Assembly (NCBI RefSeq): GCF_002571385.2
Contig: NW_019218016.1
Span: 417,285 to 477,284 of the forward strand
Reading direction: 5' to 3'
From: Stylophora pistillata
Lineage: Eukaryota
Length of the DNA stretch: 60,000 nucleotides
Below are positions 1 through 12,722 of the stretch, one piece after another. Both the position numbers and the translations under genes were made by a program. The notes under the pieces were generated by a model. That model was given only the letters and a program-made list of their open reading frames with translations. It did not search any database and was not told the DNA's origin. Position 1 is the first letter of the stretch; each line of letters starts with the position of its first letter.

Positions 1-240
1 ACTGAGTGACTGACGGACTGACTGGCTGTATGACTGACGATTGCATAACTGTCCGACTCACCGACTGGCTGAGTGATAACTATTCAATTCAATGAATTAC
101 CCACTGACCAAATGCTGTCTGACTGAGTGACTGACGGACTGACTGGCTGTATGACTCACGATTGCATAACTGTCCGACTCACCGGCTGGCTGAATGATGG
201 CTGCACAATTGATTAAATTACTCACTGCCGACAACTGTTG
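1..240. repeat. Degenerate (ACTG)-rich tandem repeat with a higher-order unit of about 120 bp
   Basis: actgagtgactgacggactgactggctgtatgact occurs at 1 and again at about 122. Confidence 0.7.
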
Positions 241-524
241 CCTAACTGTATGAGAATATGACTGACCGGCTGCTTTGCATTTTTCGTTCGAACACAATAG
301 TTACCGTAACTTGTGGCATGTGAAGCTTTGTTATGATTTGTTTCATAACCTCAATAGGACACGGAGAACCGCCCATAATACCTAAATGTAAAAAATCCAA
401 GCTATAAAATCAAATACGGACAAAATAAAGTGCATAAGATTACAGATTAACGATTAAGACATGATGTACCAACGAGCGCTATTCCAACCGGGATGCCATC
501 CATGCGCGGGTAAATCTCTGAACA

Positions 525-571
525 ATTAACAATTATTCCACGAGCGCGTTGGAATAATTGTTTTATTTAAT

Positions 572-602
<31 letters not shown>

Positions 603-775
603 CTGACTTTATTCTGTTGGAAGAAACCGGATGTTACAATGTACGGATGTTAGATTATGGTATACAATGAATATATGAAGTTCATATATTTTATGGTATA
701 TTGGCTCATATACCATGATGGCTAAGCCAATAAAAAGTGTTGAATTGCATTATCCAATGATCCAGTTTTAAATAA
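525..775 (+). mobile_element. Dispersed non-autonomous repeat; second copy at about 17387-17681
   Basis: attaacaattattccacgagcgcg...gaattgcattatccaatgatccagttt is shared between the two sites. Confidence 0.7.
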
Positions 776-1229
776 TGCCTGTTATTGCACTTTTCAAATG
801 AACGTCAAACCAAAACCAAAGTAATTTGGTTGTACATGTATCAACTACGTTGATAATGTAAATTGGCCTCCTTTATCCAAAACCAATCGGTCTCCTTCAA
901 TTAAAACCAAAGTAATTACACTGGCCAATCAGAAGAAAGGAGAGTGCCTTAAAGAACCAGTTAGAACTCAAATAAGAAGAAAGAAAACTTCCCAAAGGGC
1001 GGGAAAACGCTGGCGACCGAGTTGCGATTCGTTTTAGTTTTGAATCTGATTGGTTGAAAAAGTGGCGCGAGTTTTCTGAACCAATCACACAACAAAATAA
1101 AGCAAAACCAAAGCAATCTTGGATTACGTTTTGATAAAATACCAAAGCGTAACTTTTGTCGTTGAATTCATAAATTACAAGCAGTCACGGTACAACAGCT
1201 TCTAATTACAAGTATCACCATTTCCTTAC

Positions 1230-4200
1230 CTGTGCGAAGACTGCTAACATCAAACTTTTCTAACGCGGGGTGATTCAAGACATCGATAAACATCGTAGGC
1301 GTACCGTAAAGAGAATTACACCTGTAAAAAAAATCCCAAGAAACCACATATTTTCGATACGTTTAACCCGAAGGCTACCGGTAAGCGGTTAAAACAGTAG
1401 ACTTCAGGTAGAGATGTTCGATCTTTGGCCAGGTCGTTGAGTTTTATTTTTCAACTCCACCCAGGGGTACTGATGGGTATCGGCGAACTGCGAGAGAAAC
1501 CTGATTGTTGGTAGAGCATAGAAGCACGTTAATATAAAAGTAGTGAACAAACTAGTTTCCCTTCCCCCCCCTTCCCCACCAAAAAAAAATAATCGGTTTC
1601 ACAAATCACTGCATGTAGTGATTCTGATACAGAACTTACTTTTCCTGTTGAATGGCTGTCAGAACGGCACCAGGGTTAAACCCTCGAGATGGATAAACTG
1701 CGGTGGTTCCGTAAGTAGCATTCATTAAACTGAAAATTAATGTTGGAAGAGTAATCTATGGTTGCATCGTTTTTGCTTCACCTTGTTGTGTGATTGGTCC
1801 AGAAACCTTGCGCCAATCTCAACCAATCACAGGCAAAAACTAAAACGAATCACGACTAGGTCACTCGCGTTTTTCCCCGCGATTTTTTTTGCTTCTTTTT
1901 ACTTCGAGTTCTCATTGGCTTATAAAGGTTTCTTTCCTCTCTTCCGATTGACGGCTGTGGTAACTTTGGTTTTGATTTTACAACAGTTATCCGAGAAGCG
2001 CTCTGCTTTGTACTGCGTTGATATTTCATTGTGACATTTTCTTGGAAATTTAAAAACGCCGAAGCAGTACACTTACCTTCCGAGCACCATCCCAAAGGAG
2101 TGGTACAGGGGAACTGGTATACATATTCTGGAGTACTAAAAAAAAGGCAAACTACAATTATATATACAATAAATACTTTGGTTTTCGAAACAATTCTAAT
2201 CTCTTGTAATACACTATCATGCAAAAAAACCGACATACCTGGTTCCCATAATCCAAAACATCTCCCACGTAATATGAATTGTTTAAAACGCCATGGTGAG
2301 ACAGTGTTACTCCTTTTGGGTTACCGGTTGTACCCTGTCAATTAACCAACAGACAAAGCATTGTCAAATAACAAGAATGAAAACAAATAGAATGAAAACA
2401 AATAGAAGGAAAACAAATAGAATGAAAACAAATAGAATGAAAACAAATAGAATGAAAACAAATAGATTGAAAACAAATAGAATGAAAACAAATAGAATGG
2501 AAACAAATAGAATGAAAACAGATAGAAGGAAAACAAATAGAATGAAAACAAATAGCATGAAAACAAATAGAATGAAAACAAATTAAAGTAAACCCCCCTC
2601 TCCTGCTTTTGCTTTCTTTGAGCAGAACTTACGTACTGAAGTAAACTGAATGTTGATAGGATCATCACATTGGAGTTCATTCTGTAAGTCAACCAATTTT
2701 CTTCTATCTTCTTCTCCTCCAGTCTCCATTAACTCTTGAAATGACATTGTACCTCTAGAATAACAGAACAGTCATGATAAAGTCGACAGACAGAAGTCTC
2801 TCCTTGCTTTGTTAAAAGAGAAGTACTGTGCACTAGAAACCAATGAAACCCATTGCGATGAAATCATGATACTGACCATGGTTACTGCTGGGTCACAAGA
2901 ATAAAAGAAATGATAATAATCAACTAAAGAAGCCACAGATTGTGAAACAAATTCTTCTCATCAGAACTTGACGAAATATATGGAGAAAAGTAGGGAGGAT
3001 ACGCATACAGTGTGTAAAGGGTTAGTACAAATTAAAGCATCATTCTGTTACCTGAAGGTTCGTTGATGGTCTTTACTAACCATCACGACTAGCTTAAGAT
3101 CAGGAAGTCTATAAAGGAAATCACAAATAACCTGACATTGCTATTAAAAAAGTTACTTGTTTTTAAACATAACCCATGGCTCACTAGGAAAATACCAAAT
3201 ATGTAATGAAGAAGTATTGATTCATTCTCTTAGGTACCCTTTCCAACATCATCAAGTACTCAACCAGGTAAGACAACAACTCATTGTTGTGCTGCTTTGT
3301 AAAGTCCACTACTGTTCTAATCTAAAATTATCATGATCGTAATAAATTCTAAATAAGTAACCGGAACGACACCATAATTATCATAATTATTACATATTAA
3401 ATGGATGAACTATTGACCTTTCATTGAAGAGATCGCCTGGACTTGACTGTGGCAATTCATGTACAATGCGTGTCAATATGTTGTAGTAGTCTTGAGTTTT
3501 AAATCTGTCAGCCATAATGATTGCTTTACAACCAACCTAAGAATTAGCAAATAATTACATTACAAAGATAGTTTATCATCTTGCAGTAAAAATAAATTGA
3601 GACTAATAATTATATATTAAAGAGCTATTTTCAAAATGTACCTTTTTCAAAGCATATTCAACTTCTGGAGCTTGATAAGCAGGGTTTATGTTCACCTACA
3701 AAACACAAACAAAAATTCAGTTGATAAATGTAAAAAAAAAATAATGGTTCCAAGACCTAGTTTGCTTCATTTTCAGCACTCATGTCATATATGGTAAGTT
3801 CCTTCTAATTATTCACACTTCTCTTTACCAACTGATGTTAAGATAAACATTCTGAATTAATGTATTTTTACAGCATAACCAAAGTAAAGCGTGCGCTCTG
3901 ATTGGTCAATTTAGTGTCTCCCATTTGCCCATGGGTGTACGCTGCTGATGTGAGCAAATGCTAAGACTATTTTTCTGTGCGTGCTTGTTTTTTCTGGTCA
4001 CTTAAGATTTGTTAAATAAAAGGGAACTCGTTAGCTACAATGTTTCAATGTTATGTTATAAAACAAATGGTTAACACCACAGTGCACACTATTGAGTTAT
4101 GGATGCACTTGGGAGGTTTGCTAAGCACTCAAGAAGCTAGAGTCGCTCTCGGCTATCGCCTTGCGCGACTCTTACCCTTCTTTTGTGCTTAGCAACCTCC

Positions 4201-7200
4201 CGCGTGCATCCATAACTCAATAGTGTACACTGTGGTGTTTACCATTTGTTAATTAATGTTGCATTTCTGGCAGTTAAAGTCTATCATCAATTTGACATTG
4301 ATAACACTTGCAAGCTGATATTAATCTGCCCTGTGTACCCAGGAACTTGTGAATTTTAATCCAAAACCAGCTGGTATTTCTTCACTCCTAATAACATGTA
4401 TTATTACAGTATTAGCCAGTATTAACCTCAGTGCACTTACCAATATTAATCCAGCCTTGGCTGTAGCAAACTGAGTGATGACCCATTCTCTCATGTTAGG
4501 GCCCCAAATCCCAACACGGTCACCTTTCTTACACCCTGTAGCAAGAAGTCCAACTGCAAGGCTATCTACCTGCATAAAAAAATTTAAAAACTAGTAGTGA
4601 ATACAAGAAAAGGGAACATACAATCACAAAGCTCATTAGAGCAAAAGTAAACTCAAACAAAACAAGTCACTCAAACAATGAAAGAAACTTTTTTTTTGTC
4701 TATTATCATTATTTGTTATTTAAGGAAATTTTAATAGCAAGCCTAGAGTTGACAAATTTGATCCAGTTTTTCTGGCTCTGGTCTATATAAATATATATAT
4801 ATATATTGTCCATGGCTACTGATGTTGATTTGTTGCATGCAAGTTCTTCAAACTGTTCCCTATACATTTCTTATCATACCTACAAGGAAAATTTGTCTAA
4901 CAATCAAGGGCTTTTTGAGTTTCCAATCAGTCATTTCCTTTAATTTCACATGACCTTAATTTTTGGTTTGGGGAGGTTTGTTGGGAGAACCTAGATGTTT
5001 GTTACTTTTCGAGACTGTTACGAAAAATTGTATCGTGTGACTAGCATGACCTTCTAGAATCTTCATGAGAGTTCATAGTTTGTTTATTTTAGTGTCCTTT
5101 GTAAGTTTTTTTAAGCAGTATATTTTGTAATCTTTCTATAATTAGACTATTTTAGAAAGTTCTAGAATTTTATTGTGTAGGTATATAGGTAGGCGAGTCC
5201 AAGCAAAGTTTTCAACTAGTTTTCACAAGCGAAGAGAGTTCGATGTTAGTTGTGTTTAGTCAAGTGTGATGGAAGCAGTGTTTATTGAAGTTGGTGGAGG
5301 CCATGTAAGTTTATCAAATTATGTGCTATTGTAGAGTTTTACTTTGTGGAAACTATGTTCATTTTTAGAATAAATCTTCTTGTTGCTGTTCTGACAACCC
5401 TGAGTTCAGTCTGGTCTGCAAGCTACCCATCCTCTAGAAGATTACCCACTTAACAGAAATTAAAGGGTTAACTCTAACCTCTCCTTGTAATTCAGCGAAT
5501 GTGGCCCTTTCATTGTCTTCACAGCAGACATAAGCTTCAAGATCTGGGAATTTCTTTACTGTCTTGTCTAGCCTTTGTCCAATTGTTTCACCAATGAAAC
5601 ATTTTTGAGATATTCCCTGACAATAACTAAACTGGAGCTTCTCATGGAAACTGCTTGAGATAAAGCAAAGTGACATCATTAAATTACTCAAAATCACTCC
5701 TATAGAGTGCTTACATTTACAAGACCAGTTACAAAGGATGGGCTGGTATGAGGAGAAGGGAGTGAATCCCTCCCCCCCTTATTTTAACTCTTGTTGGGAA
5801 ATTATGCCAGACAGGTTATGGCTCTTGCACCTTTATACCTTTACACCTTGATAAAAGAAACAAAACTTGTATACCCTTTTCAAAAATGGGGTGTATAACT
5901 GATTATGTCTCCACACCTTGACTCCAAGATCCCAGACAACTGGCATGGCCTGACTCTTGTGTCTGGGCTGACTGGATAAGCCTTATAATTAGCTAGCCAT
6001 ACTGGCTCAGTTCTTTGGTAGGTTCTGATTTTGCTTCTACCCTCCCTCACTCACCTCCTTCTTCTTCACTATGAGAATGTGTGGTGGTGATACTGTGCCA
6101 CAGGGAACCAAAGCTCATTGTGAGAGGATAATACAGAAAGCTTTGAATGGATGTTTAGGCTTTGCTCTGTAACTCTGTAAATAATAAGCAAATAAACTCT
6201 AACCTCCATATAGTTTTGTTTGTGTTACTTTTGTTCTTTAGCAGCGATTTCAGTCAATTTTGTTGAGTTTTAGCTGGGCTCTCATCCCACCACTGCCTGT
6301 ACTTAAGAGGAGGAAACATTCCTTCTTCACTGGGATGAAAGCTCAGCTAAAACTACCAGATGTGACCAGGCTCACAATTGTGCATGATATTGCAATATTT
6401 TTTGTTATAATTTTAGAATTACATCTTCAGAAACTATTTCCTATGATAACCAAATTAGCATACACACAGGATTTGCACCATAAATTTCCTTTCGCACCAT
6501 CACACCTAACTATTTCCTATGATAACCAAATTATCATACACACAGGATTTGCATCATAAATTTCCTTTAAAATGATCACACCTAACTTCCAAAATTTTAG
6601 TGAATTTCCTGCTATTGTTCAATTCCTTATAAAAGAAGTACAGTTAGTTAGTTTAACTCAGTAGTTCAGAGTGTCAAGACCAGCAGTTACAAGCTCAGAA
6701 CCTCTTGGTCACAGAAAAAGTAACTCCAGTACATGTAACCTCAAGTTAGTGACCTGTTTTACTGAGGATTTGGTATGTCACATTTGACCTATTATCGTAT
6801 GTCTTACAGTTTGAGTTCAAGAATAATATGGTTCATGTGTACTTATCTCAATCCAATTGTTTAGTCTTTGCTTGAATCCTTATATTAGTTGATTCATGTT
6901 CAAAATGTGTCAAGATTGCATTCAGCTTTCAGAACATTGCATTTATCTGTATACTTGACTTAAAGTTCATTGGTGAAATCAGATATTTCACTACAGTCTT
7001 CATTGTTTATTCCTGGATCAGTAATGACGGATGTTGTCCTGTCACTGAATGAGATTTTGCCAGTCTTCCTAGTTTTAAGTCGAAGGACAATATGAAATTG
7101 TGATTGAAATTAGTCTTATTTAATGTTATGTTGTTTTGCGCTATTGTTTTATCAGTATTGACTTGTTTTCAGTCATTTCATGTATAATTCTAAGAATAGC

Positions 7201-8311
7201 CCACCATTCAATAGCTCTATGTTTGGTTAAGAGAATTAAGTCTTTTAAGTGTCACACAATGATTACTGTTCTGTCATGCAATGCTTTGAAATTGTCTTGC
7301 TAGTGCCTTGCTATTGTATGACAATCGATTGCATTGTTTTATTTCATTATTTTAAACTATTGATTTGTTATTTGTCATTTATTATTTCTTTTAGCTTGCA
7401 ATCACCCTTTCTTTTTATCAGTATTATTTCTTTTGTACTTTCCTGTATAAATAAATTTTATTGTGGCTATAAGTCTGTCTCGTTGTTCAAATAACAACAT
7501 CAGAACCTGCCTCGGTCACACAGAGAACATAAATAACACAAGAAACACTACATGGAAATTAAAGTTCATTTGCTTTATTACTTACGGATTACTGGGTAGA
7601 GCCTAAACTCCCTTTCAACTAAAGCTTTGAAACAATATCCTCTCTCAAAGAGCTTGGGGTCCCTGTGGTGTCTACAGTGACCGACACTCACGCAAGTTAG
7701 AGTTCCTTTCTCACCTTAATAATAATAATAACAATCTTTTATTAGGAAACTCCATCACAATAGTGGTTTACATAGAGGTCCTAAATACTAGATGTGTATT
7801 ATATAAAAATACAATTAAAATATAGAAATTTAAGCTAAAATCGAAATATAAAAATGATTACAACATATACACCGCAAAATTTAATTTAGAAAATACTTAA
7901 TTATAAGAAGCAGAAAAAAGACACTTTTTGAAAATTGGCAAACTTACTGAGTTTCTTACAGTTCTCTCTAACTCATTAAAGTCTCTGAAACAGTGATACC
8001 GCGAACGATGTTTTCCCCAATTGTATTTGATTTTGGGGAGCTTTATAGTATGGTTATTGCGCCTATTGTAGGAGTGCATATCACTCTTTCTTACAATGTC
8101 CAAAGAATGATTAATTTCGCCATAAATACACTTGTATGCAAATATACATCGATGACATTTCCTACCTTGTGGATGAATAGCGAACCCTTCTGAAAAATTC
8201 GCATGATAGTGGCTTAGAGAATCTTTGCATCCATGGTAAATAAAATCGAAGATTACTGCATTTTGCTGCAGAGTTCAGTATTCGTGGCCTTCCTGTTGAG
8301 ATCGCCACCAT
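1230..8311 (-). CDS. ACSF2: Medium-chain acyl-CoA ligase ACSF2-like, mitochondrial; 5' part, gene continues off the left edge
   Basis: GT-AG exons at approx. 8166-8311, 5479-5650, 4441-4569, 3642-3695, 3418-3536, 3052-3108, 2637-2754, 2239-2334, 2077-2135, 1640-1729, 1230-1321. Translation gives [19 protein letters not shown], the AMP-binding signature IQFTS|[20 protein letters not shown] and [10 protein letters not shown]. Exon 1 is Arg/Ser-rich and acid-poor, like a presequence. Confidence 0.92.
2376..2583. repeat. 15-bp minisatellite (gaatgaaaacaaata), about 14 copies, inside an ACSF2 intron
   Basis: Directly visible; it is the source of the MKTNR and YLFSF repeat ORFs. Confidence 0.95.
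3875..4255 (+). mobile_element. Dispersed repeat with an internal palindrome; inverted copies at about 13475-13835 and 16725-17205
   Basis: ataaccaaagtaaag...attggtcaatt...caccacagtgcacactattgagttatggatgcac...gtgcatccataactcaatagtgtacactgtggtg is shared among three loci. Confidence 0.75.
5016..5455 (+). mobile_element. Possible solo LTR
   Basis: TGTTA...TAACA termini and an internal AATAAA; it interrupts another common repeat. The target-site duplication is imperfect (gagac/gaaat). Confidence 0.45.
7715..8160 (-). mobile_element. 5'-truncated CR1/L2-type LINE 3' end in ACSF2 intron 1
   Basis: ORF 7897-8103 (HSYNRR..IKLPK...WGKHRSRY...DFNEL) resembles a LINE ORF2 C-terminus; an AT-rich 3' UTR and a short-repeat tail follow. 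Confidence 0.7.
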
Positions 8312-8793
8312 TGTGAGAGAACGGAGAGGCAGAGAGGAAACTGGTAAGGAAAATTGAGAACGATTTCATATATAGGCAGGCATTGGAGTGCAAATCGATA
8401 TTAAAAGGAAGTGAATTCACTCAACCGCGCTTAATTGATGTATCAAATGCAAGTTAAGCTGATGTTGTGATAGTGTACTGGAATGAAGAGAGAAAAAAAA
8501 AAATTTTAAAAGATATGTTTGAGGAAAAAAAAAATAGGTGTCAAGGCACTCTTTTTGCCAACGAATTGCGTCATGACATGTGAAACCCCCTTTGGTTACA
8601 GTTTTGAAACTACGGTGTCGCCTTCAATACCTACGTATTGAAAATGAAAGTTTGTGAAGGGATAAGATGAAAAGTCCCATATTGTAAGAATAAATTAAAT
8701 TTAAAGCGGAAAAGCGGATATCTGCAACGCAAAGATACACATCTTTCTAGAATCGTTCAAAGACACCTCGCATTGTTTCCAAAAATTGGGAAA

Positions 8794-11700
8794 ATGGTCA
8801 TTAAAACATTTCTGTGTTGCTTCAGTATCTACGAAGGATCGTGGGTTTGCGGGTTATGCAGCTTGGTAAGGAAAGAATTACGTCTGTATCGCTTATTTCC
8901 GGGTGAGTGGATCGTCAACGATTTTGTAGTCCAAGATAAATGTACCGTTTATTTTCCTGCAGTTGATCGGGTCGGCGAGAGTTTATCTTGAGAAGTTCAA
9001 TTTGGAGTTTCGCCAGCGGATGACATCAGAAGCGAAAAGCCGTCTATCGATCAACTTTAAAAGTAAGTTCTTTGGGAGTGAAATGGGGTTTTCATTTTGC
9101 TCGTTGAATCGTTTTATATCGACATCGAAGTAAGAGTTTCATTACCCCCAGAGGGCGCTCAAACTTTTAGCGCTTTGAACTTGCTTTACGAGTAATGACA
9201 GTGTTCTAGTAAAAAGGAGTTTAAAATCTTCGCAATTTCCGCTCTTTGCTTTTTACTTCCTGTGCATCTTCGTCCGACAAGGCTGAACGAAACCGAAAGA
9301 ATCATGCACAAGTAAAAATAAAAACGGATCAACACAAATTTCCCTCAGAACAGAAATCTATGCTACAGCTAGGATGCGCAATATAATGTCATTTGTTGAT
9401 AATCGTTTTACATCAGCCGTTATGACTCAGCGCCTATTCTAATAATAGTACCGGCAATAACTGCGATGGCCATTTATTTGTTTCTCTGCTCGAGCGCCCA
9501 GAATAACCGAAAAATTTAATCAAAGGTGAAAAACTTCAAGTGTAAAACCACATAAACACGTAATATTTCTGTCGGAAACCTACTAAGACACCGATACAAA
9601 GTGAAATTCCAAAGTTTTGAAATTATACACTTTTTTTTAATTTTTACGCGAGAATTTATTTTTGGATTCATTACGCCGTCAGTGAAATGAACTGGAAAAT
9701 TCTTTGCGTTAGCTTTGAGAAGTTCTAGCTGTAGTTTTTAAATTTGTTCCTCCATAGCTCTCCAGTTCATAACAATACTTCAGTTGTCTGTGGCAGCGGT
9801 GTCTATTGTGGTGTCACTGTTGATGCTGTTTGGTCTACTTAAGGTTTGTTCTCTGATGAGTTTAAATTCTCCTTACTGACTGCCATACAATTCTTATAAT
9901 GTCAGTTTGAAGTATTTGGTATTGGATCCAGTACAAAATTCGACCTTTCGGAAAAGAGACGTCCGTGGCAAAATAATAATCAGTTGTTTAGGAAAGTTTA
10001 GGAAAGTCAAGTTGTCACACTGTTCCGTGTTCAGTAATAAATGAACTACGCAGCGTTATTCGGATAACAGAAGCTGTCCTTTTAGATTAGAGGCGGGATA
10101 TACCTGTCAGCTGAAGGGTGGGGTGGGGGGTTCTCATTTAGTAATACCCCTGAGGTTCTATCGTGAAAGACTGACGGAAAACCTGGAAACAAACCCCCGT
10201 ACATCCAAAATCTAAAGTTAAGGAAATGTCGATAGCTGTAATTGATTCAATTGGATTTTACGTTTCTTTCTTCAGCGTCTGAAGTGGCTGCTGTGTCCCT
10301 GGTTGGCGTGGGTCTTGATTGAGGAGCTTTGTTCCATCTGTGTGATCTTATTTTATGTGTTTTATGATGTCAAGGTAGGTGATAACGAGTCGTTGTTGTG
10401 GATTGTCGAGGTGAAGTGGTAGGGCAAAAATTATATTTCGACCCATCTACCTTGAGTTTAAATATCACGTAATGCAATGGCTACAATAAGTAGTTTAACG
10501 TTGGATGGGCATAACTTGAAGGTTTTCACACCGCGTAGGATAAACACGCATTTCTGGCTTTGTTACTTTCGTTTCCTTTGTCGGAGTTTGTCTCTATTAA
10601 CTCTGGTCTCGCGTACCTATCAGGCCTCGGCGTCCGTCATTATATATTTCCAAGCCCGATTTCTGCAAACTCTGAAAATCTGTAAAACAAATCTGACAGT
10701 ACTTTGATTGTTGTATTATTGCAGCTGAAATGTTCCGTCTACATATCGGAAACAATCACATTTGTCATCGCTGTAAGTAAAACAAAACTTTATTGCAATG
10801 CAAGATAGGGAATTGAGTTAAGCCCAGGCAGCTTTGGAAAACATCACTTTTTACAAGCAAACTGCTTAAACAAAATGTTGCACAATAACAACACTAATAA
10901 CAAACAGAGAAAGAGAGAAATATAACTTTTTTCTTTTAGCATTTTCCATAAACATTTCATGTCCCTTGCTCAATTGCGCCGTCAAGTTCTGTTAGAGGCT
11001 GGAAAGTCAGTTTCCTGATATACAAAGTTTACTCTTCAACCTTTCATAGAAGATTTAACGACTGAAGCACCCGTTAATGAAAAATCATTTCGTTCGCCTT
11101 CTTCCATTGACCAAATAATTGGAAACAGAACAGTACAAGCCCTTTAAGCAGATGAATCGACTCTAATTTTTTTCAGAAATAAGGATTTTACAACAAAGGA
11201 ACTTTGTTTCTTTCTAGATTTATTTCATGATGTGTGTTTTCTCCTACTTTAAATTTCTGAGACAACAAGACATCGTCACTGATGAGGTAGGATTGAAAAC
11301 CCCAATAAGACTTGAGATTCCATGGCAGATTAAAATGTAATTTCTCCATAAAATACCAAGACATTATTAGGCAAACTTTTGATGAGATCAGACAAACTCA
11401 TCAGCCAGCGTTATTTTGTTAAAATGCCTAATTCTCACGACTAATTTAGAAGAAAATGTATGGAAGCCAAAACGAGAATAAAACTGCAAATCAAATCACA
11501 AGAGTTTAACTGTCAAAGTTACAATTTATTGCAGTTTTTCAGGTTCTAGAAACGTAGCTAAGTAAATAATTTGTACCAAGGTATTCCACTGATTGACAAA
11601 AGATAAAATCAGGCCACTCCCTTCTTTGCAAAGTTTGCTATCTTATGACAGGTATTACCATAAGTGTTGTAGAGAAAGGAGAATAGATTAAAAAAACAGG

Positions 11701-11969
11701 GGAATGTTCCCCAACTTTAAGTAACGAAAAGAAAACCCAAATTTATAAAATTAAGCTAGAGAACTCTGCACAATAGGTGGAGAATTCTTGAATCTGCAAT
11801 CTCATACATCAAACTTCTCTTTTCTTTGCACACATCAATCTCTTGTATAAGCTTTACTCATTCATCAACTATGATATTTTGTGAAAATTTTCAGTACCGC
11901 ACAGCAGTCCAACTCAATTATGAGCCGAAAGTTGATGAAAATAGCCCTCTTCTCAACAGACCTATCTGA
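8794..11969 (+). CDS. LAPTM/DUF4728-like four-transmembrane protein of about 180 aa, probably endolysosomal
   Basis: Exons 8794-8865, 8963-9062, 9758-9843, 10276-10374, 10725-10772, 11218-11286, 11895-11969 splice in frame: MVIKTFLCCFSIYEGSWVCGLCSL...LMLFGLLKRLKWLLCPWLAW...YFMMCVFSYFKFL...DENSPLLNRPI*. Confidence 0.8.
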
Positions 11970-12722
11970 GGAGGACCATGGAACACCAAAAGTTCATATG
12001 GAAAACCAGGATCACTTCCATCAAATGTACAATTTGTTTACCTTGTCTGAATCAAGATAATTACACAAAATAAAATAAAATACAATTATAAAAAATGTTC
12101 ATATTCTCAGGGCTCAGAAATTTTATAACAACTGTTTAGTCTGAAGATAGGGAATGTCTTTTCTCAGTTTTATTTTTTTGCACCAAATTAACTTAAGGAG
12201 GATGACACAAATGAAGTTATGGCCATTATTGATATCCTCTATGTTTGTTAAGGCTTAGGTTGTTTTCTTTCAAAGCTTAAACAAACATAGTGGAAAAAGT
12301 AGTTACTGTAACAAATACTTACAAACAAATTAAAATCAGTTACTACACTCTATGAAAACCCCACATTATGTGCAAAAATGGGACTTGCATAGTACATTTT
12401 TCTATACAAAATGCTGATTTGAGGTTCGTAAAAAGCTTGGTATCATAATGTAATATCAGCAAAAAAAAGTACTTTTAAAGATTACTATTCAATAGAATTA
12501 GGTTGGTTACTTAACCTAATGAAATGCAATAATAGAAGAATCTTTCTATCTTATGAAAGAGTAAAACATCAAAAGTCAAATAAATTATCAGATTTGTTTT
12601 AAACTTGTCATCTATTGATACTAAAGTGAGTTAAATGAGTATACTGGTAACTGGTGTTTTTATCAAACATTGTTACAATTCAAATATTTTCTTGTTCAAA
12701 ATTTTTAAAATCAGTTTTAATC

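Noticed and set aside
2293-2692. ORFs with MKTNR / YLFSF repeats
   Set aside because: They are translations of a 15-bp intronic minisatellite.
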